A stretch of DNA of 64,000 bases. It comes from the human T2T-CHM13v2.0 reference genome, Homo sapiens. The position numbers and the translations under genes were made by a program. Location: NCBI RefSeq assembly GCF_009914755.1, contig NC_060940.1; one strand, written 5' to 3'. The notes beneath the pieces are model-generated. The model ran no database searches. It was not told the origin of the DNA and was given only the letters and a program-made list of their open reading frames with translations. This document shows, one piece after another, positions 1 through 22,435 of the stretch (its first letter is position 1; every line of letters begins with the position of its first letter).

Positions 1-1636
1 AACTTTTATTTTAGGTTTGGGGGTACATGTGAAGGTTTGTTACATAAATAAACACATGTCACGGGAGTTTGTTGTAAAGATTATTTCATCACTCAGGTAC
101 TAAGCCCAGTACCCAATAGTTATCTTTTATGCTCCTCTCCCTCCTCCTGCCCTCCCCCCATCTTTTCTGCTCCTCTCCCTCCTCTTGCCCTCCCCCCATC
201 TTTTCTGCTCCTCTCCCTCCTCCTGCCCTCCCCCCATCTTTTCTGCTCCTCTCCCTCCTCCTGCCCTCCCCCCATCTTTTCTGCTCCTCTCCCTCCTCCT
301 GCCCTCCCCCCATCTTTTCTGCTCCTCTCCCTCCTCCTGCCCTCCCCCCATCTTTTCTGCTCCTCTCCCTCCTCCTGCCCTCCCCCCATCTTTTCTGCTC
401 CTCTCCCTCCTCCTGCCCTCCCCCCATCTTTTCTGCTCCTCTCCCTCCTCCTGCCCTCCCCCCATCTTTTCTGCTCCTCTCCCTCCTCCTGCCCTCCCCC
501 CATCTTTTCTGCTCCTCTCCCTCCTCCTGCCCTCCCCCCATCTTTTCTGCTCCTCTCCCTCCTCCTGCCCTCCCCCCATCTTTTCTGCTCCTCTCCCTCC
601 TCCTGCCCTCCCCCCATCTTTTCTGCTCCTCTCCCTCCTCCTGCCCTCCCCCCATCTTTTCTGCTCCTCTCCCTCCTCCTGCCCTCCCCCCATCTTTTCT
701 GCTCCTCTCCCTCCTCCTGCCCTCCCCCCATCTTTTCTGCTCCTCTCCCTCCTCCTGCCCTCCCCCCATCTTTTCTGCTCCTCTCCCTCCTCCTGCCCTC
801 CCCCCATCTTTTCTGCTCCTCTCCCTCCTCCTGCCCTCCCCCCATCTTTTCTGCTCCTCTCCCTCCTCCTGCCCTCCCCCCATCTTTTCTGCTCCTCTCC
901 CTCCTCCTGCCCTCCCCCCATCTTTTCTGCTCCTCTCCCTCCTCCTGCCCTCCCCCCATCTTTTCTGCTCCTCTCCCTCCTCCTGCCCTCCCCCCATCTT
1001 TTCTGCTCCTCTCCCTCCTCCTGCCCTCCCCCCATCTTTTCTGCTCCTCTCCCTCCTCCTGCCCTCCCCGCATCTTTTCTGCTCCTCTCCCTCCTCCTGC
1101 CCTCCCCCCATCTTTTCTGCTCCTCTCCCTCCTCCTGCCCTCCCCCCATCTTTTCTGCTCCTCTCCCTCCTCCTGCCCTCCCCCCATCTTTTCTGCTCCT
1201 CTCCCTCCTCCTGCCCTCCCCGCATCTTTTCTGCTCCTCTCCCTCCTCCTGCCCTCCCCCATCTTTTCTGCTCCTCTCCCTCCTCCTGCCCTCCCCGCAT
1301 CTTTTCTGCTCCTCTCCCTCCTCCTGCCCTCCCCCCATCTTTTCTGCTCCTCTCCCTCCTCCTGCCCTCCCCCCATCTTTTCTGCTCCTCTCCCTCCTCC
1401 TGCCCTCCCCCCATCTTTTCTGCTCCTCTCCCTCCTCCTGCCCTCCCCCCATCTTTTCTGCTCCTCTCCCTCCTCCTGCCCTCCCCCCATCTTTTCTGCT
1501 CCTCTCCCTCCTCCTGCCCTCCCCCCTCAAGTGGACCCCCGTGTCTGTTATTTCCTTGTGTTCATAAATTCTTATCATTTAGCTCCCACTTATAAGTGAG
1601 AAGATGCAGTATTTGATTTCCTATTCCTGCGTTAGA
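1..1636 (-). mobile_element. L1 (L1PA/L1PB-type) 3' end, interrupted by an internal 38-bp minisatellite
   Basis: 1-121 (ttttattttagg...gtacatgtgaaggtttgttacat...ttatttcatcac...cagtacccaatagtta) and 1528-1636 (...tcatttagctcccacttataagtgagaagatgcagtatttg...) match the reverse complement of the primate L1 3' UTR. Recognised by eye; subfamily not determined. Confidence 0.8.
122..1527. repeat. 38-bp polypyrimidine minisatellite (VNTR), ~37 copies
   Basis: Unit ATCTTTTCTGCTCCTCTCCCTCCTCCTGCCCTCCCCCC starts at 122, 160, ... Copies are near-perfect, with a few CCCGCA variants and one 37-bp unit near 1260. Confidence 0.97.
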
Positions 1637-1642
1637 TACTTA

Positions 1643-1953
<311 letters not shown>

Positions 1954-2141
1954 AGTCTTCTCCTCTACACAAGAGTCAGTAGAGAAACCTGGCTTCCCCA
2001 CAGGACTGCTTGAGTCCAGATCTCAATCCGCTGTCTTCCTGCAGCTCCTCCCACCATATCACCCCACACACTGGCCCCACTATAAAAAGCAGCACCATAT
2101 TTGCGGTCCTGATCAGATACCCTACTCTGCCTTCAAAGTCA

Positions 2142-2960
<819 letters not shown>

Positions 2961-3478
2961 GTTTCTTGTAGATGATACAGCCCTCTGAAGGGGCCCACCC
3001 ATGTTTATCTGCAGGGAGTATTATTATTGACCCACAGAGAAGCTCTTGGGTGAGTGTGGTCATCTTTCAGAAGAAACAGTGTGCATTTGGTTAAATCAGT
3101 GAGTAAATACAGCTTCTTCTGTAGCTTCCAGTTTTCCAAACCAAAAGCTGCAAAGCATGCACGTGGCCGGAAACCTGGCCAGCTGGGCTGGTGGCTCAAA
3201 TAGCCCTGCCGTCCTTGTGTTCGAGCCACTCACCTCGGAAAGTATTTCCCTTCACGGACACAAGCATCCACCTCACAGTTTTCCAGCTCGCTTTCCCGCA
3301 CCATGGTGCTCCTGGGTGGGAATATCTGGGGCTTGATTCATGATGCCTGGGTGGACAGAGAGGCGGGATTGCCCAAGCCTCCTGGGACTAGTGGGATTAA
3401 ATTTTTTTGCCAAACAAGCAGATCCCTTTCCAGAGAAGAGAAACAAATCTGTATTTACCCTCATTAGAAATTAGTATC

Positions 3479-4385
<907 letters not shown>

Positions 4386-5087
4386 CTAAATCTTTTTCAG
4401 GTCTGGTGTGGCAGATGTGGATAGCTGGACCCTCCTGGGTGCCTCTGCGTTATGTCGTTTGGTTGATGCATTTGGAGAGAATCTGTGCTCTCCACAACTG
4501 CAGGGGCAACATGCTTTCCTGGCCTCTTCAGATCAGGGTGGCTGTTCTTGGGTGCTGCACCAAAACTCCAGCAGTGGGCTTTCTTCAAGGTGAGCTGCAA
4601 GATGGAATCTGAGGCCCACCCGTCAGTAAGAGTTTCCTCCTGGTATCCATGGAATCTACTGGTCTGTCTCACTTTGGCCTTTGACCCAGGCAGGGGTTCC
4701 TAACATCTACATCGGTCATTCGGACAGCCTTGCTTTTGGTTCACTGCCTTACACGGGGCTTCCAGATGTTGACCTGCTTCATTTTACAGTATCAGGAAAT
4801 CACTTTCCCCTCAGAAAGTAAGCATGGGAAGCTGTTAGGCTTTTAGTGGAAGGTGAAAGTTTCCAAATTTTCTTTTTCATTAGACTGTGTAAGTTTTACC
4901 ATTGGCAGTAAGTTCTGTCTGTTGTTCCTCTTGAAGTGGCCGGCTCACCTCATTCCTGCCAAGACCCAGGTCCGTGTTCTCACAGTGCTGCCATCTTTCC
5001 TCCGTGTGAGCGTGGGCTGTGCGGAGAGTGGACCTCGGTGTGTGCGGGGCTGCGTGCACTGCCATCGCTCCCTCTACACGAGCCGGC

Positions 5088-5345
5088 GTGGACCCAGGGC
5101 TGAGCTGTGACCACGAGGGCCATCCCGACGAGCCGCCATGGACCCAGGGCTGAGCTGTGACCATGAGGGCTATCCCGACGAGCTGCCGTGGACCCAGGGC
5201 TGAGCCGTGACCATGAGGGCCATCCCGAAACTGTGATTGTTTTCTGGTATGTGGGGGATGTGCCAGAACCAGGGCTGAGCTGTGACCACGAGGGCCATCC
5301 CGGAGCTGTGATTGTTTTCTGGTGTGTGGGGAATGTGCCAGCACT
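5088..5345. repeat. Compound short tandem duplication (3 x 50 bp plus an ~80-bp duplication)
   Basis: (g/a)tggacccagggctgagc(t/c)gtgacca(c/t)gagggc(c/t)atcccga at 5088, 5138 and 5188. A fourth core occurs near 5268, and ctgtgattgttttctggt..gtgggg.atgtgccag occurs twice. Confidence 0.85.
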
Positions 5346-6282
5346 CACGTGGCTATGGCTGCTTTTGCACCATGGGTGCGTGTGCCAAACAGGAGAGCAG
5401 CTCTGCCCAGCAGAAGCCACTTAGAGGGTCTCAAGGGGTCTGCAGACCACCTGTAAGAACAACTTGTTCTGAGACGAGGGAGACCCCACCATGCTGGGCA
5501 GAGCCCAGCTGGGGTGCGGTGGGGGGGCACACCCTGTCACGGCACCGCAGAAATGATGCTTGGTGGATGGGACGGCAACGGGACCAGGACCCGCTGGCTG
5601 GGCTGTGTCTCCATCTCAGCCCCTCTTTTTGCCAATGCAAAACAGTTGAGTTTCACAAGGGCCTTGTGCGGATGAGAAGCGCCCTGTGATCTCACTGCCC
5701 ACCTTCTCTCGCCTCTCAGCTTCATTTCTGAAGTTTCCTGGGCCTCCCCGCTGCCTGTTCCCAGGGGAAGCAAAAAGGAGCTGGTATTTGGGGCTGGATA
5801 AGCAACACTGCAGTGATCTGCGTCTTCCTGCGGATGTATCACAGGCTCACCCTCACTCAGAGAACAAGCACAGGGGAGGGGAGGGGAGGGGAGGGAGAAG
5901 CAGGGGAGCTGCTGAAGAGAAGGGGCTGCTTTAAGATTCCCAGATTTGGCGTTGAGGTGGGGGTTTCTGGGAAGGAGCTGGGGTGGCAGTGCTGATTGAC
6001 ATCCTGTGGGAAGGTGGCCCTGCATTTCCTTGGGATTCCCAGAGATGGCGCATGACCCCTGGCAAGATGGGAGGCGTCTATCTACCGTTAGGCTGGGCCC
6101 TGGGTCTGAAACTCTGCCGCCTTTACCCATTCGCATGATACAGCTCTACCCAACCCCGGGGCAGGTGCTGAGCTGCTCTCAGGCATTGCCGTGGGCCGGG
6201 CCAGGGGTGGCTGTGAAGACAGACTCGCTGCAACTAGAACCTGGCGTCCAGAAATAGAGATCCTAAGAGGAGTCAAAGCTGA

Positions 6283-6650
<368 letters not shown>

Positions 6651-8645
6651 AGCCTTTGGTTTTTCTATGGCTTACTTGGAGTTCTCTTTAATTCCGACAT
6701 AGAAGTTCGCACAATCCCTCTTTTACAGATGAAGAAACCAAGGCTTTGTGACTAACTCAACCCCTCAAGAAGGACAAAACTAGCATCAGAGCCCCTTGCT
6801 CCTGGGTCTGGCAAGAATGCCTCTTGTTTGCTGAGAGGTCCACAGATTTACCCGGCTCAAGACTGGGAGATGGGAGGTGACCAGGTCAGTGCCAGCCTCT
6901 CTCTGAGCTCCTCTGAGTCGTGGCAGCTGAGGTGCTCCTCCGAGAATGTTCTGCCATCCGTGAGGTCGTGTACGCCTGGAAGCTTTTGTTCCATTGAACT
7001 CTGCCAGGGAGCTATACTTAGCCACGCGAGTGGAGGCCAGGAGTGGGTTCTCTGAATATAGATAGTAGCAAGCAGGCTATTTTCAAACACCTAGAGAACC
7101 CCCATGATTATTCTGGGCCAAAATGATATTTATAGGATGCTCTGGGCCCTTGGACATGAAGGCAATAACCTTAGCGCCTTTTGGCGTTCGGGATAAGTTT
7201 CTATCAACGGGGAGTGGAGAGAGGGACCCGGTCACCCAGAGGCCCGCTGTCCCTCAACACCTGTTTCCAGGAGGCCAGGCGTCTTCTTTGCTTTTACACT
7301 ATGAGTCAGAGAACAGCGAGAGGCACGCAGGGCCCTACTAATTTTCCTTCCTGCACACCCTGGTGTGGGTCCTGTCTGAGGCCTGCCGTGTGCTATTAGG
7401 GAAGACGTCATCAGGGGACTTTTTCTGCTGTGAGGAGGGTGCAGCCCCTGCCTTTCAGAGCTCAGGACACCCTCTTCCTCTTGTCCAGGATCCTCAGGGA
7501 TTTCCTAGGCTTCCACCCTCACCCAGACATCACTGGACCGTCACTGAAACACCCGCTTCCAGTGTGCTCAGGTCCTGCAGCCTCCTGTCCATCCTTGCCC
7601 CGCCTCCCGCCCGGAGGAAAGACTCTGACACTGCCCCTGGAAGAGGGAGGAGAGTGGATGTGATGAGTGAAGATTTGGGTGGGGAAAGGAAGGCCTGAGT
7701 CCTGGGAGGAAGAGCTCTCCCCGCCCCGAGCCCCCGGAGACTGTGAGCAAGGCTGAGACGCCTCCTTCCTGGTGCTCAAGCTGCAGGTGTTGGATAGGCC
7801 TCCAGAAGCCCAGATTTTAAATGACCGCTCCAGGTTAACCTGGGGATGGTCAGGCAGAACAAGGAGGAGAGGCCAGCAGTGAAGGGCAGGGCTGGTGGGC
7901 AGTGGCTGGGGGTGTCCTGGGTGGGGCTGGCCACCCTCGCTGCCTCTGACTTGGGCCAGACCTGCGTTAAGTGGAGTGGCTCCTCCATTCTTTACACCCC
8001 AGGCCCCTGGCAGGTGCCCTGCCTTTCCTCTGCCCCTCTCTCTGCCAACCCATCCTCTCCCTCCCAGCCCCTGCCCGCCCAGATATAAATATAAGAGCAT
8101 TTTCCATGGGCTGAGACAGAAGGGAAAACATTCAGCTTTATTTTCGGCTTGTGAAATTCCTGTCCTTCATTCCCAACAGGTGCAATCGCCTCATTTAGAT
8201 ATTGGGACCCAGAAATAGAACACAATTTACAATATAGCTTCCTTTAGGGATCTGGATGCTACCAAACAAACAAACAAACAAAAAAAGCCCTCCTGTGAGA
8301 TGCCGAGACTTAATAGAAACCGTGGTTGGAGCTCTTGCCTTTTTCCAGGCCGGTGGAGACCCTCACCCCTGGCAGCCTGACCGTGAAGCAGAGGAGGCAA
8401 GAGCTCCGGGAGACAGTCGGGAGGGAGGGGGCCCTGGAGGACAGGCTCCTAGCCCTACTCCTCCTCAAGACCCGGGTGCTGGCCTGTCCCCTGCCTTTGC
8501 CCCGATGGGGATGAGGGAGAGGAGATGGGTCAGGGAACAGCTATGGCCATTGGGGAAGGTGACTTGGATGCAACCTTTGAAAGAGATGCTTCCAGTAAAC
8601 CCCATCGGTTAAGATCAGCTGTCCCCCATGATCCTTTGTGTGTGT

Positions 8646-8939
8646 TTTTTTGTTTTCACACAGGGTCTCGGTCTGTCGCCCAGGCTGAGTGCAGTGGTGT
8701 GATCTTGGCTCACTGCAACCTCCACCTCCTGGGCACAAGCAATCCTCCTGCCTCAGCCTCCTGGATAGCTCAGACTACAGGGGTGTGCCACCATACCCAG
8801 CTCATTCTTTTGTATTTTTAGTAGAGACAGAGTTTTGCCATGTTGCCCAGGCTGGTCTCAAACTCCTGGGCTCAAGTGATCCACCCGCCTTGGCCTCCCA
8901 CAGGGCTGGGATTACAGGAGTGAACTCCCATGCCTGGCC
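8646..8939 (-). mobile_element. Alu
   Basis: cagggtctcggtctgtcgcccaggctg...gcctcccacagggctgggattacagg. Confidence 0.9.
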
Positions 8940-9054
8940 CTCATGATCCTTTGTAGACTGAGGGACAAAAGAAGAGGGTGAGGCCTCCCCTCTCCTCAGC
9001 GCTGAGTGCAAGGACCCTCAAGGCAACTCTTGGCAAAGCCCCATGTTTCCACTG

Positions 9055-9421
9055 GCTGTTTAGGTGGAATTGCGTCCCCCCGCTTCCGTATGTTGAAGTC
9101 CTAATTTTCGGGCCCTCCGCTTGTGACCATATTTGGAAGTAGAGGCTTTGCAGATGTCATGAGTTAAGATGGGGGCCTCCTGGAGCAGGGCAACATGACT
9201 GTATCCTCATAAGAAGAGGAGAGACAGAAACAGACACACACAGGGAGATGCCACGGGACTCCCAAAGCCACAAGAAAGCCTGGAACAGCCCCGCCCTCAC
9301 AGCCTCTGAAGGAACCAGCCCTGCCTTCACCTGGATCTGGGACTTCCAGCCTCCAGGACTGGGGGAGAATGAAACTCTGTTGTTTCGGCCACTCAGGCTG
9401 GGGTCCTTTGTTATGGCAGCT
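9055..9421 (+). mobile_element. MLT1-type (ERVL-MaLR) solo LTR
   Basis: gaattgcgtcccc...tatgttgaagtcctaa...gtgaccatatttggaagtagaggctttgcagatgt...aaggaaccagccctgc...ggacttccagcctccaggactg...ctttgttatggcagc is the typical MLT1 LTR layout. Confidence 0.75.
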
Positions 9422-10826
9422 GAGTGGGTGCCTCCCTCTCTGGGGACGGCCAATCCCTGTAGGGGAGGCAGTGGTCCCGGTCCAGGAAGGTGAGAGAGGC
9501 TTTCTCAGTGTCTTCACTTCGCCAGCTCACGTGGAGACTGGTAGCGGCTGGAGCCCAAGCTCTTCTGGGGAGCCGGTTTACTCAAGGTCACCCTTGATCC
9601 AGCGGAGCCCAAGGTCTAGGTCAAGCTTCCTCTGGGATGTCCCCAAGGCTCTTCAAACAGGTGTCGTCAAGCCATCTGCCCAAGGGCCCGTCAGCACCTG
9701 GCAGGTGTTAGCCAGGCTGATCTGCAGGCGGGGCTGCCCCGAGTGGGGCTCCCACTGCCCGGGTTGGGACTGGAGCAGCCAAGTGGCTGAGCAACAAGGT
9801 GCTTCATGTGTGGTCCCTGTGAGCCCCCCCTGAATAGTCTCATGGACAGACGGATGGACGGGAGGCTCAGTGGGCTCTGGGAGCAAGGGGAGCGCTTGCC
9901 GCTCTCCACGTGGCTCCATTCCAGGACCAGGACAATGATGTCTTCCTGTCTGCAGCCAGAAGCAGGGCAGCTGACAGCGGCCCAGCCCTCCTGAGGGACA
10001 GGTGTCCGCTCCCAGAAACCTCCCTTCCACCATCCCCATCAGCGAAGGTGTCAGGGACTAGGAGGGGCCTCCTTGCTCCTTCCTGGACGCTGCCCCTGGG
10101 GTTGAGCTGGAGAGGCTGAGACATGCTGGGAAGAGGAGGACCAGCCCAGTGGGCGGCCGCCCAACAGCTCGGCGGTGAGAAGAGGCCACGTGTAAGAAGG
10201 AAACGCCACCACCCCACTGGATGGTGGGAGCAGGACTCCAGGGAGGGGGGTCTTGAGTGTAGGCAACCATGTCGATTTGGCACAGTGTCTCAACAGGGCA
10301 GGGCAAGGGTCTGGGATTCCAGTTCACGGATGCCCCAGGTACCATGGGTGGACAGAGGCCCAGACCCTCTGCAAGACAGCAGTGATCATGTCAGACCCTC
10401 GCAGCGCTTGAGGGCTGCAGCAGGAGCCCTGAGTCCTCTGTTCTGACCAGGCAGCAGGGAGGACTCGCTGCCCCCAGCTGCACAACGCCTGCCCCGGCCT
10501 TGGTCTTGGCCCTCTACCCGGCACCAGCTGGAGCCTCTTGGCCATTCCTCTGTGCCATGGGACACTCTCCCACTCCTGCGCTGGCTTCTTCCCACAGTGG
10601 CGCCCCTGCTCACCCACTGGCAGTGTCCCCACCTCTCAGAAGAGTTTTTCACAGTGGCAGGCCCTGACCCAGAGTCTCCTGCCTACTTGGTGGCTAAAGG
10701 CCCCAGGCGATCCCCAAATCCTGCTGTCTCAGGGAGTTTCTCAGAGTCCCACCTCCTCCACAGAACCAGGGGATTGGCCAAGACTCAAAGCTTCGAAGAA
10801 CGGAACATGCAGGTGTGCAGAGACCA

Positions 10827-10832
10827 TTTATT
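10827..10832 (-). terminator. SNAI3: SNAI3 poly(A) signal AATAAA
   Basis: tttatt on the + strand, ~740 nt downstream of the SNAI3 stop codon. Confidence 0.7.
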
Positions 10833-11574
10833 ACCCCACGGCTGTTATTGCCTGGGAAGCTGAGTGCCCTGAGACCCCAGCCCCCTGAGGCTCTGACCGG
10901 GACAAATCCCACAGGCACTCCGCCTCATCCCAACACACCCAAATCACCAATCGTGGGCTCTCCCAGTCCTGCCCCATCTCCCGGAGAGTCTAGTGAGGTG
11001 GGGAGGGCACGTGTGTGTACATGTTTGAGTGTGTGTGCACATGCACATAGACGTGTGACATGGGGCAGCTCGTCCCAGACCCCAAACCAAAGGCTGGCGG
11101 GGGCTGGCTGAGAGGTAGTTGTGCCTACTGAGGAAGGGCCACAGGGCCGTGCTCACTATAAGTCAGAACTGTTCATTTCTGCTGCAAGGGAACTAGGCAG
11201 CCTTGCCAGCCATCCGGCGGCAGTGCCGGCCCATGCTGGCGGCCACCTCCCCGAGGCTCTGACTCTTGGAAGGGTAGCCCCGGAGACCTGGCCGTGTCGA
11301 AATGGAACCATGGCTCTTGTTCTGATGAAAGCCTTCCCCGGGAGAGGAGTCTCCTCTGAGTGGGCTCCGCGCGGTGGGATGCCTGGGGGAGTGTCCTCCG
11401 GCCCAGTGGCCCCCCGCTGGACTTCTTTGGTTCTGATTGGACGCAGATGTGGAGGACGCACCAAGTGTGAGGCCCGGCCCCGCCCTCCCAGACTCCTGGC
11501 TCCTCTGGGGGCAGGAGGGACGCCAGCTCTCCCGGTGAGGACCATCCCTCCTACCTGCGCCGACCACGTGCCTC

Positions 11575-19542
<7,968 letters not shown>

Positions 19543-20746
19543 GTTCCCCTCCCGGGCGGCAGGCCGGGGTGGGCTGGGGCGGGAGGGGCGCGCCTGGGTC
19601 CGGACTGCTGCGTCCGCCGGCGCTTGAAGGGGTCAGGCTCATTAGCATAGCGCGCCGCCTCCGCCAACCAGCGCCCGGCGCGAGTGGGGCGGGGCCACGG
19701 GGGCGGAACTGAGGGCGAGGCGGGGTCTCGGGCAACACGCCCAGGACAGGTGCGCGGGCGGGACGGGGCGGGGAGCGCGTGGCCGCCGGTGTCCTCCCCA
19801 CGGGAATTCTCTGGCGTGCGCGCCGCCGAGTCACACACCGACCCGTCGGGCCTGGCCACCCACTCGCCGTGAGTGAAGGGCAGAGTTCAAAGCTGTGTGG
19901 AAACCGAGCGAGAATCTCTTCCACAGAATGTGGAAGCGTCGGCCGAGCGCGGTCCTTGGAGAACCCTTGCTGCGGAGAATGACGCTCACTCTGCGGCCTG
20001 GCCTCGCCTCCCCATCCCTTCTGCAAACTCACAGGACAGGATTGATGGGGAGAGCCCAGGCGAAACGAAGCTGACCCTAGTGACCAGCCCTACTGGCGGC
20101 TCTGGAACAGGCCCGGGACCGGTGGCCTGGAGACAGTGGTCCTTTCTGGATGGGCTGCAGTCTCCGAAGGCTTCCCCCACTGGAGTCAGCCCTTTAGGAG
20201 TTTGTCCAGTGCCTCCAGAAAGCTGTTTTTTGGGGGACGGAGGACTTGGCCTGGAATTCTGGAATTCCCAGGGGGTCAGACATGGTTATGGGAAGTTTAA
20301 TAAAACCGGTGAATCACGTGAATTCTGCAACAGCTGCACGTGTGACCTGGGCAATCCGTTTCCCTCCTTTGTGGTCCTGTAGAGCCCTCAGGGTCATAAA
20401 AAGCTGGGAGCCGCTGTGTCCAGTGTCTGGGTCTCTTTTGACATGGACATTTCATAACGTTGGGGGCCAGGTGGGGCCGTCTCTGGGCTGGCGTGCACAC
20501 AGGGTGTCCCTGGCTGTGCCGCCGGCCTGCCTCCCCAGCAGGGCTTCCACCTCAGAGCTGGGTGGCCTTTGCCCCCTGTGGGCCGGGGGTGGGGAAGGTG
20601 GGGGGTGGTGAGTCCATGGAAGCTCTGAGGGACAGACAGCAGGGAGGAGGGCCGTGCCACACCAGCATCCCACGTCCCACATCACACGTCCAGGGTGTGA
20701 AAAGCTGGGCTAGTATCAGCCCCACTTTGCCAATGAAAAAAAACTA

Positions 20747-21080
20747 GGCTGTGAGTCTGGGCTCAGCAGCTCACGCCTGTAATCCCAGCACTGTGGGAGG
20801 CTGAGACAAGAGGACTGCTTGAGCCCAGGAGTTTGAGACCAGCCTGAAAAACAACATGAGACCCCGTCTCTCCAAAAAAAAAAAAAAAATTATTTTAATT
20901 AGCCAGGCGTGGCAACACCCATCTTCAGTCCCAGCTACTCAGGACGCTGAGGAGGGAGGATTGCTTGTTGCAGTAGCCTCCAGGAGGTGGAGGCTGCTGT
21001 GAGCTATGATGACCCCACTGCACTCCAGTCTGGACAACAGAGCAAGACCCTGTCTCAAAAAATTAAAAAAAAACAAAAAA
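20747..21080 (+). mobile_element. Alu (degenerate, J-like)
   Basis: gctcacgcctgtaatcccagcactgtgggaggctgag...ccactgcactccagtctggacaacagagcaagaccctgtctc. Confidence 0.85.
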
Positions 21081-22194
21081 GAAGACCAAGGCTGTGAGAG
21101 GTTAGGACACAGTGGGATTGGGACCCAGCCACACTCCAGCTTGTCTGCCACTTGGTGAGGGGGAGTGGAAGGACAGGTGGAGGTGCCCCTGGAAGAAGGT
21201 GCCCGCCTCTCCTGCAAGCATGGCCTGGCACCACCACGCCGGGAGTGTAGATTTCAGAGGACACATGCCTGCCTTCTGCTTATTCACCTGTTCCTCGCCT
21301 GGAAAGGTTTCTATTTATAGCCTCCCTTCCTTCTCTCTCTCCCTCGCAGACACAGATAACGCTTGCAGATACCTGAGCCAAGCCTCCACCCACACCGTCC
21401 CTCCCCGCCCACCTACCCGTTGTGTGGCCACCCGCCAAGCCCCAGCAAGCTTATCTCCTAATCCCAGCTAGAGCCTGGTGTTACTCAGGGCTGCTGTAGC
21501 CCTCCCGAGGAGAATGGCTGATCTCATCCCGGGAACGCCCTAGAGGGCTTGCGAGCACCTTTGGGGTGGGGTCCCAGGGCTGCCGCAACAACTTGCCCCC
21601 CAGGGACACTCAAGTCGGCTGCAGACTCACTCTTCAGCTGTGATGCACAGGGCGGTGTCCAGGCTGGACCCAAGAAGGCCCCACAGAGGGAAACATCAGC
21701 GTCCCCCTTCCCACAGGTGCAGCCTCGGGGGTGGGGATTGGGGGAGGGCGGCCGTCTCCATCCTTTCCGTGTCTTCCGTTCCTCACTGCCGGCAGCTTGG
21801 CTCTGGGGGTTAAACTGACGTGCCCCTGAGTGGGGAAACCCACGGCCCACAGCCTGCTAGACCCGCCCTCCTGAACTGCAGCAGGCGACCCAGGTCCTTG
21901 CCCCCTTCCCTGGACATCTAGGACATCAGGATGATGACTTGTGCTGGGCCCGGCAGCCTGGCCCCTCCCATGTGCCTCCATCCGACACCCAAGAGCGGTT
22001 TTCCAGTGGGTAGCCCACCCCAAGAATTGCCGGTCAGGGCAAAAACGGTTACAGTTCCATTTATGTTGACATTTTCATCCTTCCTACACGTATGTCTTCC
22101 TGCCTTTCTGGTTTTACAGTGACTGTAACCATAGTGTCTGGAGATGTGCACACAGGTATCCAACACGGTAGACATCTCTGTCACCATTGACTGT

Positions 22195-22435
22195 TGTTTG
22201 TTTTAAGATGGAGTCTCACTCCAACCTCCGCCTCCCAGGTTCAAGCAATTCTCCTGCCTCAGCCTCCCAAGTAGCTGGGATTACACGTGTGCACCACCAT
22301 GCCAGGCTAATTTTTGTATTTTTACTAGAGACTGGGTTTCACCATGTTGGCTAGGCTAGTCTTGAACTCCTGATCTCAAGTGATCCTCCTGCCTTGGCCT
22401 CCCAAAGTGCTGGGATTACAGGCGGGAGCCACTGC
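22195..22435 (-). mobile_element. Alu with an internal deletion
   Basis: gatggagtctcactc joined directly to caacctccgcctcccaggttcaagc... Confidence 0.85.

Noticed and set aside
89-1595. Five long ORFs (441-488 aa) on both strands
   Set aside because: They are translations of the stop-free 38-bp tandem repeat. The peptides are periodic and low-complexity, with no promoter or splice context.
5873-5895. (GGGGA)4GGG G-quadruplex motif
   Set aside because: The motif is real but common in GC-rich human DNA, and no context suggests a function.
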